Counted from the stretch's first letter, positions 39,725 through 62,000 are shown. The stretch is DNA of 64,000 bases from Chrysomallon squamiferum (GCA_012295275.1 CM022673.1:22010001-22074000), one strand, 5' to 3'. Notes: generated from the letters alone by a model not told the origin. Numbers and translations are program-made.

Positions 39725-40139
39725 TCATGCTTATTCACCAGGTGTCTGCATTTCCACTGGATGCTTAAATACCAAATAGGAAAACAATGTCTATCAAGTG
39801 ACATTAAAATTATTTTAATTTTTTATTTGGCATACTTACTTGGATTGGGATGTTTACAGTTTTCCAATGAATGTTATTTTAAAATACCTCACACACTTTA
39901 ATTGCTAGGTTGACAAATAATGCAGATACAATTAAATAAATATACAGTAATTGAATTTGCAAGATGCAGGAAATCTCGGGGGAAGAAAACAAAAGGAAGA
40001 AACAATAGTAAAATGGATTCTAGTAAGGAGAAATGGTTTATTAAATTTAATAACTGAAAAATAAAAAAGTATGATATAATTGTAGTCGGACTAGATGATA
40101 AGGTATATGTATTCACAAAATAAGCCAGAAATGAGTTGC

Positions 40140-47040
<6,901 letters not shown>

Positions 47041-47124
47041 GGTGTGATCTTAAAAAATATAAATAAAAAAATAAATATTTATTATTATTATTGTTGTTGT
47101 TGTTGTTGTACACGCTTGACATAC

Positions 47125-47410
47125 ACTATCAGTATCACTCAGGTATGAAACTAGAGCAATCGTCAAAAACGCATGCGAACTCTATCTTTCAGTGCAATTT
47201 CAGAGGGCGTCGCAATATGAATTATCAATAGAAAAAAATAAAATAATAATAACCTCAGTGATTTGAGGTGACAAAGCGAAATTCCTAACGCTAATAATGT
47301 TCTACTGGTTTCATTCCGAAAGCGAGGGACTTTCGACTAAGTACACTTTAAATTAGACCGCACATAGTCATTAAAATCACGCCACATACGTTTCAACTTC
47401 CGGCAATGGA
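47125..47410 (-). promoter_or_regulatory. ALDH9A1 promoter / 5' non-coding exon region
   Basis: CpG-retaining segment with a candidate 5'UTR intron 47124-47049 (GTATGT...TTTAAG), CGCATGCG at 47170-47177 and ACTTCCGG (ETS-type) at 47396-47403. Confidence 0.45.

Positions 47411-47411
<1 letters not shown>

Positions 47412-47461
<50 letters not shown>
47412..47461. repeat. (TG)n microsatellite upstream of the ALDH9A1 promoter
   Basis: Perfect dinucleotide run. Confidence 0.95.
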
Positions 47462-47462
<1 letters not shown>

Positions 47463-48909
47463 TAATAAATGAATACATAAATAAATTCAAAATAAAAATT
47501 AAGAAAAAACCCAAAACCAGTTATTAAAATCGCAAAACTAAATACGAAGAATGCGATTTTTTATTTATTTATTTTTTTTTTTTTAAAGAAAGTTTATCAG
47601 ATTTATTTAATGCAAATTATTAAAATAAATTTTCGATTATTCGAGTTTCTTGATTAAATGAATATAAGAACCAGCATTCAGTCGGGTCAATGGCAATATT
47701 ATAAATTTGATTTAATAATTTAACAAAAATATTATTCCTAGATTTCTATTTATTTATTTTATTATTATGTTTTCTTTTTATTTGCTAGAGGAGAAAAAAA
47801 AATATAAATAAAATGAAAATAAATTGTAAATGAAGTCAACTTTTTATTACATTCAGAAGTAAAATTCCATAAACTGTATAGCATGTACTTCAAATTATAA
47901 TTATTTTTTGGTTCTATGTGGACACGAACATCTTGGGAAATTCACCACACACACACACAAAGAAAACAAAAATAATTCACAAGAAAAATATTTGTTGTAA
48001 TATGATTTTAAATCTTTGATTTGCTCTTTGTATAATGGAAATACAAGTTCAGAAGCTCTAATTTTCAATTGTTATTTAATGTTCTTATGATGTATTATTA
48101 CTATTAATAAACAATTGCTTTGGGAAGAAGAAATAACAAACAAAATCATGTATATATTGTATAAGTAAACAGTAATAAACAAAAAACATATCAAATAAAT
48201 TTCTTAGAATGCCTTTATTAACAATGAAATAACATTAACAGTAATTTAATACTTCAGCAGTTTTCAGTAAATTACATTAGTAATAAAAGTAACAAGTCAG
48301 GAAATCAGCTTCTTTTTTAAAATTCCAACAATCCAAACCTCACTAATGAAATGCCAAATATGTATTTATTTTATTTTATTTTAAAGTTAATATTCATTAA
48401 TTTAGATTTTCAGTACAGTTTACTGTGCTATTAATATTAATAATCTGATGTTTTTAATTTTAAAACAAATCTGTTAAATCAACAAATAAAACAATCTTCA
48501 TGGATTATAATATTTAACCTTTTAACCATTACATTGGTCACAATGTGATGAAAAACACATATGTTTTCATAGGTCAAGTCTGATGTCTGAATATCTTCTA
48601 CATCAGTCACAGTTCTAAATGCATCTGTCGAGTGGCAATATACAGCTTAAATGTAAAGATATTAATGCAGATACAAAAAGGTTGATACTAAATTTCTTCA
48701 ACCAGTATTAACAGAATTCTAATTAAACAAGAGTTTGTCAAACTGGCCTTTGCGGGAATGACACTTTTGTTTGTCTTATTTTTGCACCAGACTATATAAA
48801 ATAATAAAAAAAACTTCAATGAAAAGGTAACTTTTAACAAAAATCACTGTTTAGTCTCATTTCAGGAAAGTGAACTATAGTAAGTGAATCCATCCCAGTA
48901 AATTTCTCT

Positions 48910-51900
48910 TCACACTTCAAAGGCTGGAAACTTGGCACAGCAAGGATCCAAAATATCAGCCAAAAAGTAAATAGTTCCTGCCATTCCTAAACAGTAATAA
49001 TAGTAATATATTATTAACAACAATAATCAAACAACAACAGTAAAAATAATCATAACAGTAACAGAATAAAAAAAAGAATTGCTGTATATTTCTTTTATTT
49101 TAAAGCAAACTGAAATCAAAATTCTTAAGCATATTAAATTAGAAAAATACCAAGCTTTATATAATTAAAATTGTAATTAATGAAAAACAATATATTCTTC
49201 TGATTACAAAACGAAAAATCATGTTCTATATACAAATCTCTATATTACTGTCTATCCCCTATGAATAAAAATTAATGTAATATCAATGGTAGTGTTTTAA
49301 TGTCATTTTAAATATAACATATTTTACATTTACAAAGAAATGAATTTCCCTTAATGCTTGTTTTAAATTGATGCTTTATGGTTATTATTTATTATTATTT
49401 ATTATTTTTTATTCTATTTAAAGGTTATAATTATTTATACATTCATTGTACTAGCTTAATTTTGGAGATAAAAGTTATAATCTTTATTTCAAAATTGTAA
49501 TGTTTGGCATTCCTTTATTTTCTGTAAAGTGATATGTAATTTAATAATTTTTCATGAAGTTGATTTAAAAAACTTTAAAAATCTTCAGTTTGCATAAATA
49601 AGTCAGTAACCACCTTCAAAAAGTGAAAATGGATGATCAGGTGTTCTACATCCATGTTTACCATAGTCAAAACACCATTCTGCAAACTGAAAGATATGAA
49701 AAATAAAAATTAATAATAATAACAAATTAAAAATAAGTATAAAGACATTAAAGTAATAATTATTGTATTTCCATACTTATTTTGGCAAAACTGGGTATGA
49801 TGTTATTGTTTACATACCTTGAATGCTTTATACAGATAAGATGTGTCATTTGTAAGTTTGTAAATTGCCAGGAATGCATATGCATTGCCAGCAGGACCGT
49901 GGCAAATACCATAACCTTTCTTCAAGAGACCTCGTTGCCAAATAACCACAGCACAGTCTTTGGCTGCTCTCAGATATTTTTCAGCTTTGTATGTCTAAGA
50001 GTATAATAAATACAGAACAGTCATTTCTTAAATCAAAATATATTATATTTTTAGTTGATTAATTGTATGTTACAACAAATACATTTTAAAACTAAAACAA
50101 ACAGTTAACTAGTATTTCATCCAAGAGGTTTGGTAATGGATCATTCAGATTTTGACGTAACTTGACTATAATCTCATCAACTTTAAATACATATAAAAAT
50201 AAAATATAATGATTGAATTTGAATCCTCAGACAATTCTCTTTCCATTGATTCCAGCTTTGTTCAAAGTTCTCCATAGGTTGAGAAAAAAGAATCTAAATT
50301 TACTAAAGTAACCAAAATACAAAGTTACAGCAAAATAAATGCTACCTGATACATTAACAGACATAAAATAATTTATAACCTAAGTTTATTGCAATGCAAA
50401 TAAATCAAATTATTATTACAGTCTGTAACTGTAAAATGAAATATAGATTTTAAATTGCACAGCAACAAAATTTAATTTTAACAAAAACAATAACTCTGAC
50501 CTTGTATGCAAGTATGAACATGTGTATCCATCCAGGAGCTCCATGACACCAATGCACGAGTTTGTCAGTTCCCTTGCCCAAAGATGAAGGACAATTGCCT
50601 GATGGGAAACGCAGAGATAACATGTAATCAATGCTTGGTTTGACCAGACTGTCAATTTCTGACTGAAGAGCTGGGATTCTCACCTAATCAATGAATGAAA
50701 ATTATTTTATTTTCCATAATGTAAACAGAAACAAATGATCAACATGAATTATAAATAAAATTGTACATAAAATATTTTCACAAATATATTTGAAGATGAA
50801 ACAAAAATAAAAAAACCATTTAAAATACAAATTTTTACTCTGTGTCTTGCTATCAAAGACTATTTATTTTTAAAGTTCTCCAAAATCATTACAATAAGGT
50901 ATTTTTAGTTATTGTTTAAATAAACAATTAAAATAAAGAAACAGCTTCTATATCTTAGACAGACATGTACTCATTAATTATTTTTTGTTTTGTTTTTTAA
51001 TTTCAAGAAATCAGTGATTCATACTTGCAAAAGCATGTAAAATATTCCAGCTAATCCATGAGCTGCTCCCAGATAATAGCTGTCATGCCATGAATACATC
51101 AGTGGGCATTCAAATCTGCCATTACGACTCATTGTCTGACCTGATTTTAGTATTAGCCTCACAACCTTTAAAAAAAAAAAAATCTATTATATAAAATATT
51201 ATGTGCAATGAATATCAATGTAATGTTACATAGTGTAATTACTCTATATTTATAAGAAATAACAGATGTCCTCTAAAAAGTTGAAAATAATTTACATTGT
51301 ATATTCTCAGTTAGTATTCTGATGCAAAACCAATAATTAAAAACTAAAATAAGATAAATAAATAAAAGGTAATAAAATTAATCTAAATATGAAATTTCAA
51401 ATAAACAATAATGTTGTTTACAAACAATTCCTGACTACTTCACATAACATTTGGGATAAAAAATGTTAATGAATATTTCTTAGTTACAAACCTTTACATT
51501 ACAAACAGTAAAACTTATTGCTTAAAAGTGATTTGGTCCAGGTCTTGCCTGTTTAAAAAAATCACAAAAACTGAAAACATTTTAAAAATTGCTCTTATTA
51601 TTAAAAAAAGGGCCGAAATTTTTTTTTTTGTCCAGCTTCATACTAAGCAAAATCTCAAACCTTAGCAATAAGTTCTGTGTCTACTACTTCAGGTCTAAGA
51701 TGTTTCTGAACAAACAGCAGAGAGTAGAGATAACCAGCACGTCCATACAATATTTCATCAGGAATTGAGCTATCATCCAATTTGTGATGTAAATCAAATA
51801 ACCTAGTGATAAATATAGTAGAAAACAAACACTATTTAATTATTTAATCTATTGCAACTATAAGAAAATACAATTTCAGAATTATTAAAACAGTACTTTT

Positions 51901-53945
51901 TTATAGTATTTATAAATTTCCAATAATTTCTTGTAAATCTTATAATTTAATGTATATATTTATATATATTTTATTATTATTATTATTTTTTTTAATTACT
52001 GTATCAAGCAGTCTCTGCACTCTCTGCTTTGTCCAAGTCTGTTATATATAACTGCTCCCAGGGCTAAAGGTCCAGCATCTCCACAGAGAAATGATACTCG
52101 TTTACCCTTGAGGTGATTAAGAGGTCTTTTAATGTATTCCAGAGCATTCTCGATATGTGACATATCAGAGGATCTTCCAATTGTTTTATATAAGTGAAAA
52201 TGTAATAAGGCAATCCCTGTTGGAAACAGAAATGTTTATATTGTTTAAGCATAACAGAATTTAATAAGAAAATATATTTTACATTTTACTTAGCCTAGTT
52301 TTTAAAATTAAAATATTATTATTAAATTAAAGTAATTAAAAAAACAGACATGAAATTTATTACAACAAATTTCAGGAAATATATAAACTGACAGCTTATC
52401 TAATTATGCCTGACAATTTGAAAGATTTAAGACTGAAATATGTTAATGTATGTTAAGGAAAAATAAATTATGATCATAACCAATACAAAAATCACAATAT
52501 TTATTTTACTACACGGTCATAAATTTTTGAATTACAAGTTACTTTTGCCATTTTATTTTGAATTGACACTGTTTTTTGTGTGTGTGTGTGGGTGTGGGTG
52601 TGGGTGTGTGTGACTATGAATAATATTAAGTCTATAATTGAGATAGGTTCTGCACTCTAAATGTGCTGCAACAGCACCAAGTTTCAGGATACATATTCCC
52701 TAGTAAGAAGTATAAAGAGAGACTGAATTTTCCTTTTAGAGAATATTTGGAATCAAAAGTTTATGATCGCAGTTCAAATAAAATTATTTGATAATGAGTA
52801 AATTATTACGTTACTAATTTAAAAAAAGCTTGATTTACTCACCAGAAGATCCAGTGTATATTGTAAAGTCATTAGGATCAGCATCATTCAGTCCAGCCTT
52901 CATGCGAGTCATCAGAGTTTCAATATTGCTTAAAACCACCTTCCTTAATACACTGCATAGCTGACATATAAATATCAACACAAATAACAGAAAATACCTC
53001 ACACACACACATACTGAAACACATTTAAAGTATGAAAATTAGAGCTGTAATCAGAACTTGTTCTGCATATAGTTTCTTGTGGTTCTGACAAAGGCTACTG
53101 TTTTTGATTGGGAAAAAGGGATCCTTTATATATGCATACCATACCACAGACAGGGTAGTACGTATCACAGCACTGACTTGAATGAGAAATAGAGCAATAG
53201 GTCCACCAAAATGAATTGCCCGCTAATCCACTGCACATTTTTCTTGTTCCTTATCATTAAGATTCTATCGTTAATAGTAAATTATAAAGACCAATGTAGG
53301 GGAAAACAATGGTTGGAAAATGAAAAACTTTATTTGACACAAGTAATAGAATTAGATATATCCATACTTCTATTGCTAGAGAAGTTAATGTGCAAACTGC
53401 TGTATAACAAATACAGTAACAATAAAAACCGCAACAAAAAGAAAAGAAAACTCCAGAACCTCCAAAAATTCAGAAATAAAATTGAATACAAAATGATAAA
53501 TTTAATTAGCCAGGTAAGGTAGATCTTACACCTGTAATCATACTAAATTTTATTAAACAATTCCAAGACAATGCACATTTTTTCCAAGTCTAATTACAAC
53601 AGTTTTATCCAACATATCTAAAATGTATTGTAAATTTCTCGTTTTGATACTGTAATGTAACATTAATGAAATATGACTTTTATTCCATTTTCCTTTTAAA
53701 AAATGAAAATATTATATCCTTTTTAAAAGTGAAATATATATTTTTCAATGACAAAATGTGTAAGATCATGTTAAGGATAACAACAATTAAATTCTTATAA
53801 AACCACTGTAGTCTTATAATTTTGTTCTAATTTCATATATGAATAAATGAATGAAAAAAAAATTAACAACAACCTTTTCATTTTCTCCAAGAAGTCTTTG
53901 TCCATCATAATCAGGATATGGATTTGGAAAAGCTCTTTCATCCAT
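48910..53945 (-). CDS. LANCL2: LanC-like protein (eukaryotic LANCL1/2 family), 399 aa, 9 coding exons
   Basis: Exons on minus: 53945-53874, 52960-52843, 52216-52000, 51802-51661, 51165-51025, 50683-50501, 49994-49818, 49686-49614, 48986-48910. Motifs: ERAFPNPYPDY, IYTGSSGIA, SFLCGDAGPLA, PDEILYGRAGY, YLGAAHGLAG, Zn ligands in LVHWCHGAPG and GYGICHG, PDHPFSLFEGMAG, FPAFEV*. LANCL1 versus LANCL2 orthology cannot be resolved by eye. Confidence 0.94.
53090..53235 (-). repeat. Degenerate dispersed (SINE-like) repeat copy, opposite orientation
   Basis: GGGATCCTTTATATATGCA...CCACAGACAGGGTAG...GCACTGACTTGAATGAGAAATAG is the reverse-complement relative of 14575-14720. Confidence 0.5.
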
Positions 53946-54345
53946 GGTTCATCAGTAATTCCTCAGTAGCAGTAAATGTCTCAAAATTACAAAACTTCAG
54001 GCAATGAATTTTATACAACTGTAACAATATAGTAATATAACATAGTCATTTATGTGAAAGGTTATGGTTTCTAATGTCATAAAAAATATAAAATATATAT
54101 TGCCCATATTTACACAATTTGAATGCACTGTATACCGGTAACATGTATTGTAATCTTTAATAATTAATAATGTAAAAAAATGCTGGTTATATGTTATCTG
54201 ATAAAAACATCATTTTGTAAGATCATTAATAAAGTTTAGTGATTTCTTACAGAATCACAGTTTCTAACTATATAATAAAAATCTTATTTAATGATAAATG
54301 AAAGTCACAATTCAAAATATATATATATATTTAATTTATTATTTA

Positions 54346-54377
<32 letters not shown>

Positions 54378-54749
54378 TATTGTTTATTTATTATTATTTT
54401 ACCTTTTTTTTTTTTTTTTTGGTTTCAATTTATGAATCATAAAGTGCATTTCGTAACAATAACCCAAATTATATATATATATATGAAACAAAAATGTAGA
54501 CGGCTATTTTCACTGTTTTTTCTCATTAATATTTTAGAGATCACAGTATTTAATGTAAAATGCATCAATAGTAGTCAAATAAGGCTTATATGCACAATGC
54601 AGTTTATAGTCAAACAAATCATGTTTTATACAATTAATGTTATAAACTGACTTTATGAACTGTCCTAATGTGACACCAACCTAATTTTTCTGTTGTTTTT
54701 TTGTTGTTGTTTTTTTTTGGATTTTTTTTTTTTTTTTACTTATTTGAAG

Positions 54750-54983
54750 ATGGTCACGGAACTGTAATTAATGCTATTAATGTTATTTTTCAAAACATAA
54801 TGTTCACAAACGTTTTTTAATGTTCTCCAGATATTATCAGTGACAGAAAAAAATATAAATAAATAAAACTTTTAAAAAGCAACTCTGTGAATTATCTGAG
54901 CATATCACTTTATCAGCGATCAAGAACGACTTTTTCTTAGATAAGAAATTAATGTCTCATTGTCGTCCCGTTATTACTACTAC

Positions 54984-55018
<35 letters not shown>

Positions 55019-55330
55019 GTATTAGTATTAGTATTAGTATTATATACGTCAAAGCTATTATTAATATCTAATAAAATAAAATTTGTAAAAAAATAAAGCG
55101 AGTGGTAAATACAAACTGTTTTAACACAGAATTAGATAAATATTATTATCTTTTTATATCTTTTTTGGAAGCAGACGGTTTATTTATTACGCCAAAGCTA
55201 TGTAAGTAAACGAGTGTTTGTCAGTCTATGAGGAAATCGCCATTTTTGTGTTTATAAAGTTGGTAAAATTGGTAAATTGCATGATCTTAATACAATTTAA
55301 AATATATATATTGTCTATCGGACAGCGTTC
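54750..55330. promoter_or_regulatory. Probable shared divergent promoter region for LANCL (minus) and TMEM98 (plus)
   Basis: Most CpG-retaining patch between the two head-to-head genes. Plus-strand donor GTAAGT at 55202; both ATG exons are preceded by acceptors (54020-54019 on minus, 59042-59043 on plus). Confidence 0.4.
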
Positions 55331-58300
55331 CATCTGTCAGGTAGGCTTTAAATAATAATATGCTTCAAAATGTGTGAACTATTTATTATTAGACAATAAT
55401 TGAAAGAAACAGAGATGCTCCATTATTGATTACTTAATTTATTACATAAAAGTAACATTACTAGTATTAGTGCAGTTTACTGTTCAGTTGTTTTTTTTCC
55501 GCCATTATAAGATTATTATGTTTGTGGCAATAATTCAGAGTAATGACTAAAGTAAAGAAACTTTATTTGCACCCAAAATTTTTTCCATTTACATGTTAAT
55601 CTTGTTCCTTTTACTTAGTGGCTGATGTTACAATAATTAGAAATGAAGGGAGTTAGTAATGAAAGTTTATTGTTCGTCATTTTAACATTTTTTTTTTTTT
55701 TTTTTTTTTTTACTATTATTATAATAATTACCAAATTTTTAAACATAATTTTAAAATATATTTGATAAAGAATACCATATTTTATAATTTTTGGTGTTGT
55801 TAATTTGTTTACATACATTCAGGCTTAATCCAGTTATGTTTTAATTTATCATTTTTATGGCATTGCATAGGATGTAATCAGACATTTTAGGGCATTAAGG
55901 CAACTTTTATCAAGTTTTCAGGGAAGTTATCAAGGTTGTTGCATTTCATAGCTATATTCCAGCTATAATCAGAACAATGTTTATTTGAATCACTTGTACC
56001 TAAAAATAACTAAAAAGCTGTGCACATTTGCTTGTGGCATTTCAAATTTAAAAGTTAAGATAATAAAGATACCATGAAATATCTCATAATTAAGCAGATA
56101 TAGTTGCTTCACTGGAATTAAGAACTGTTGTGTTGACAGAAGTCAAATCACAAACATTTAAACAACAACAAGAAATAAGTGATTTTAAATATTTGTTCAA
56201 CATGGTCACTGGGATTTCAGGTGGTTCATGGAGACACAACAGATATGTTATAAATGGAGTAACATATTTACCATTTTTTAATTATTATCTTCAAGGCAAC
56301 ATTTTACAAGTGATAAATTTATTGCCTTTTTGGGCAAAGATTTTAATGCACCCCATCATCTACTTCATTGCAATACCAGCATTTTAGATTATATAACTTC
56401 AGAACATGTTGTGGACCCATATCATATTGTTGTATTATTAACATTTAAAATGACTTAAGTATTACAACAAGCATGACAAAGAGACACACCTATGTAAGTC
56501 TCTCACCTTTAAACTTGATGTTAAAATAGATGTACATCATCATTCATTGTCTCAGCTTGACCCATTTAACATAATAGCTTAAAAGAAGTTTATTTTCTGT
56601 TAACTAACCATTTTTATCTTTAAATAAATGGTCTAATTTTTGTGAGGTATTTTGTCAGTAATAATATTATACCTGATAAAATTATTGTTGTTATTGTTTT
56701 ATTATTCATACAAAATTAAAAAAAAAAAAATTTGTTTGATCTTCTGCAGAGAATACTGTATGTTTTTAGTGATAATGAAAATAGCTAGAGAGAGCTTTTT
56801 GGTTTATGGTATGGACAGGTAGGTATGTATATATGAATATATCTGAATACAGAGTCATATTAACATCTTCAGCTAAGATGCCATATAAAAGCATATTTAT
56901 TTCAACAGCTTTTTAAAAAAAAAATTGTAAATATAAATGGAAATATCCATTTCTTTTCATTTCTGATCTGAAAAATAAATTGAAAACTAATAAGAAAGCT
57001 TTAACTTAGACATACATGGATTAAGAGACTTCCTCTGTGTTATATTCATGTGATTTTGGCCTCATTTTGTGACAGTAAACAAACCTGCCATTGTTTACCA
57101 CCACACACCTCACACACATCATGGCAGATTATTTCCTGACTGGATTGTAATCTTTTCCCGTCAGTTGACATACACCTCTTGTTTCTCAAATCTCAACATT
57201 TAACTTTACAAGGAATAATTTATTTTCTCATCAAATTATTTCTGAAGTAGATAGATATTTTAAATTTCAGTTATTTATATACATATATATATATATATAT
57301 ATAATCTTTAATTTTTTTTTATATAGAAATATATATTAAATATGCAACTTCTAAAAGTAATGAAAAAAAAGAAGTAAATACAGCAAACAACAAATATTAC
57401 AATGAATAAATATGAAATTGTGAATTAATGTTTCTGATTTTTTGCTGATACTACATGGAAATGTGAAATTTTTGCTCAAATGAGCATATATTAATTATCA
57501 TTACATCTTAGTATGGAAGGTTATTTTTGTAGCTGTTATTGCATAATATTTTGTTACTGAACATATTTGACAAGATAATCATAATCTTAAATCATTTCTT
57601 CAGTTTTTGAGTCAACACTTTAAATAATAGTCAAAGGCCCACAGTGAAATCTATCCATATCCACTGCAAGAACAGAATTTTGTAACAGAATTTTTTTATA
57701 TTGAATTTTGTCAATGCCTTTGGAGCTTCTTTCAATCAAAAATATTTTAAGGCATATAGTTGTACCAAATAATATAAGGCATAGTCAACATAAATAATTA
57801 AATATTGTGATTGTTTTTTGTATAACTATATATAAGATATCAACAACATTTTTATATGTATATATTATGTATTTGTTTACAGTATCTATGTATTTTTATA
57901 TTACATACCATTTGGTTATTAATGGTTGATGTACTCACATAGATTACTGAACTCAAATGAATACCAGGTGGGCGTTATTATTGATTTGTAATGAATATAA
58001 TTCTTTAAATAGAGATTATTATTATTATTATTTATTATATTGGAAATTTGAAAATAATTATCAAAATGTTCAATATAAATGTTTATATATATTAAATTAA
58101 TAGATGTTTTATTTGAATTTAATATGGAATTAATACCTTTATTTTAGATGTGTCCAGGCCTATCAATGGCAGCATGCATATTTAAACTAAACAGCACAGG
58201 ATTCAGAAAATCTCCAAATTTCCTATTCAAGTATGTTTATGCATTACAGTGGACACACACACGCATTTTAAATTTTACTCTCAAACAGTAATAAAACTTT

Positions 58301-58486
58301 AAACTACAAATGTATTACAAATAACACAACAGTTAATATGATTTATTCATGTAAAATCATCTGGATCACTTAACTTCATTGGAAGAAACAGATATTTCTT
58401 GAGAATTAAATAAGGTAACTTTTAAAACTTAATTTTATTAGAATTTCACTTTTATGACTGTACCAAAACTTCAAAAAAAAAAAAAA

Positions 58487-58520
<34 letters not shown>

Positions 58521-59053
58521 CATAAAAACAATATCCTACTATAACAAAATGCAAAGTTTATAAAATTTTTTTATTTGTGATATGAATTAAAAAATGTTTA
58601 ATCATGCTTTCTGTGTAAAAATATTAACTGATACATATACATACATCATAAATGTAGTATTCTTTTTCATGTTTTTGTGCTTAAAATAAATAATATTCAA
58701 ATTATTCACATAAATTTAGTGTTTTGCAATTCACCAGTTATAAAATGAGTTTTGACATCACAGAATTAAAATAATTTATTATCTTGAACGTATGTAAAAT
58801 AAAACAAAAACTTGTAATACTCTTTTTTTTTGCATTACCACCACCCAACTTTTTAGAACACCGTTACATCCTTATTTCATTAAAAAAATATAATAATAAT
58901 ACTAAAATAAAATAAAATAATAATAATAAAAATAATAACTGAAAAACAACATGTGTTATGTGATGATAAAATGAATTGTTTGAAGAATGCAGTTTTTAAA
59001 GATAAAGAACAGCATAGTTAAAAAAAGATATATCTATTTTCAGATTGTGAGAC

Positions 59054-62000
59054 ATGATGGAAGTTGTCGTCATAGTAGCAATTGGTGTATTAGCTGCTAT
59101 TTTCTTAGCTTCTGTGGTGGCTTTGGTTTTTGTATGTTACCAGAAATACTGTCGACACGTTGATCTCATAACAGCTCAGCATAAAGAAACAAGGTATTTT
59201 TACAAAATATAATATATTTTGCAAATTTGTTTCAAAACCTCTCTCTCTCTCTCTCTCTCTCTTTAAATTTTTGTTTTATTAAATATTTCTTCTGATTTCT
59301 TGTCTTATAGTGTTACTTATTGCATGTTTCAGAGCTGATGCTCAGCTTATTACATCAGACCAGGGACCTCAGACTGTGACTGGAGTTGAACTTGATGACG
59401 TTCAGTTCACCAATCCAAACATGGAAGAGATTTTACAAGACGGAAGATGGGTAGATGATGCTACGTAAGTCTGAACTTGATTTTATAAATGAAACATGTT
59501 TTAATATATATTGTAAACATTTGTGATTTATTGATTTTGCTGAATTAAAATATCACATAAGAAATATATTCAGTTTAAAAAACAAAATGTTATGGAATTT
59601 ATATAATAATAATAATAATAACAATAATAGTTAAACCATAAATGATAAGAACACAGATTTTTTTTTTTATACTGCTATATATTTCAGTTAATTTATATTT
59701 TAGTGGTCTAGTTCCTCACTGCATTTCCATACTGAAAACTTGCCATCAACTGACTGAGAAATTGGTTGGCATGACGATGGGTAATGCACAGAATATTCGC
59801 ACACAGGAAACACTGACAGATATTGTGGCTGTGGCTAAAAGAATTAGTCCTCGTGTTGATGAAGTTGTTAAATCTATGTACCCACCTTTAGATCCAAGAC
59901 TCTTGGAAGCCAGGTGAGCAAAAACTTTTCACTTTTAACATAACTTTTTAAATATATGTTGAGATACTTTATATACTGTAAGAAAAAATATTTATTGTAT
60001 AATAATTTTTATTTTTTGGTTAATAATTTGTAGACATCATAGATAATTAGAAAATAAAAGCTAAAAATGAAAGTGTAGATGTGAATTATGAAAAATGTAG
60101 CAAATTATTATATCTAGGGCCCAAAATAATTGGTCTAATGTAAAAATTCTTTAAAATATAGTGTAGAGATAAAAATTTTGATAGGAAATACATTCTGTGA
60201 TAATTTCAAAAAGATGATTTTAAAACAGGTTGTAAAGAAAGATTTGACTTGTTTTAGATGTACTGCTCTAGTCCTGTCTGTCAGCCATCTTGTTCTTATT
60301 ACCAAGAATGCTTGCCGCCTCTCTGGAGTGCTCGACTGGATTGATCAGTCTCTTGCTGATGTGGAGGAACATTTACAAGTACATTCTTTTTATTTTTGCT
60401 TGCTTACTTAATTTTATTTTTAGAGAATACTTACTTTGATGGAATATGTTTTTATTATTATTATTATTATTTTTCTGATATATGACATGTTGCTTATGTA
60501 AATTATTTTTACCTTTTGTAGAATGTTTTATGTTTTTCATGTTTTTTTGTTTTTTTTCTATGAAAAACTCAAATGTGCAGACCACACCAAACAATCTGAG
60601 ATTTAAATTAAAATATAAAAATATTATATTCAAATAAATTAATTTAGTTGTCCTCTGTTGAAACAGTAACAAGAAATCATTTTCTTGCTTCTGGTCATTA
60701 ATTTCTGACACTTTTCTAAATAGTTGAAAGTACACAAGTTTTTTAATTTAAACAGTGCATTACCAATTTTATTGTATTATCTTTGTACCTTAAAGAATGT
60801 AGTAATGACTAAACCTCACACCTTTGCTTATTGCTAACTCATTTATTAATACTATATTAGTACTAACCAGGATACAGGTCAATTATTCTTTGTCTTAAAA
60901 ATCACTGGAGTCAAACTATAAATTACTTTGAAAAAAACAAAATGTTAACTAAAGCTTGTAATATATATATATATATATATACACATACACACACACACAC
61001 ACACAGCTTTGATGTTAAACTAGACATACTTTATGCAAAAACTAACATTAAAATATATATATATATATTAATTTTGAAATTGATTTCAGATGATAGATTA
61101 TTGACCTGTATAATAATCTTAGATTAGCATGACTGCTTTTCACTTTTACAAATTATACTGACAGTTCCAAATTGCAGAATATTGCTAGTTATTTAACACT
61201 ATAACTGTGGAACTTATTTGTTCTTGTTGTATTAAGATTACTAACAATACTCCTATTTACTAACAATTACTAACATGGTGGATGTTGTCCTTTTAGGAAA
61301 TAAGGAAAGCAGCAAGGCATGAAGTACATGTAGGTCATGGTTAGTATTATAAGTACCAGTGTGCACTGTGGATTGTGTTACACCATGCTCTCTGTACCTT
61401 TTGTTTGTGTTTTTTATTCTGATGCTCATTTTCCTTTATTACCCAGCATACTGCTTTACATCCAGTGGACTTTGTCCAAACTGATATCTAAGACAGATTT
61501 CTGTTTAAACAGAAACAATTTTTAAGTTTTTGAATCTGTTATGCAGCTTCAGATTAGTGACGATATTATTTTACTTTTTGGTAGAGCTCAGAATCCAACT
61601 TGTCAATGACAAGTAAACAGAGACATTCTGAAAATTATTCTATTATTTTTTTTCATTACAGTTTGCATGCATGTTATTTCTCTAGACCAAAGTGGGAGGT
61701 ATCATCCCTCACCAGTCCATTGGAAAAGGGTCATTAAAAATTAGTTATGTGCAACAGCTCTTACCTTTCACACATTTTACATTGCAAATAAAAATTCTTT
61801 ATTTTACACAATGACTAGAAAGGAATAGGTAGCTGTGATGATAAAGATTGGGAGTCACAGGTGGTACCAGTGTGCTCTAGATTATCAGTCATTTCCAATC
61901 ATTGTTGAAAGAACCTGAACTCTGCATGAAATAAAAGTGAACTGAGTTTAGACGAGTCCATTGTCTTTAAAAAGAGACTGTTAATCAGCTGACTTTATGA

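Noticed and set aside
47317-47335. NF-kB-like GGGACTTTCG within a 6-bp hairpin upstream of ALDH9A1
   Set aside because: A single imperfect short motif that cannot be distinguished from chance.
48860-48912. Selenocysteine or readthrough at the LANCL TGA stop
   Set aside because: The stop follows the family's C-terminal FPAFE motif where orthologs end, and no SECIS-like structure was recognised.
48910-53945. LanC-like gene as part of a lanthipeptide biosynthetic cluster
   Set aside because: It is a spliced eukaryotic LANCL; no LanB/LanM dehydratase, precursor peptide or transporter is visible, and the neighbours are ordinary animal genes.
61835-61918. C/D-box snoRNA candidate (GTGATGA...CTGA) in TMEM98 intron 4
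   Set aside because: No terminal stem, no convincing C'/D' boxes and no recognisable antisense guide.
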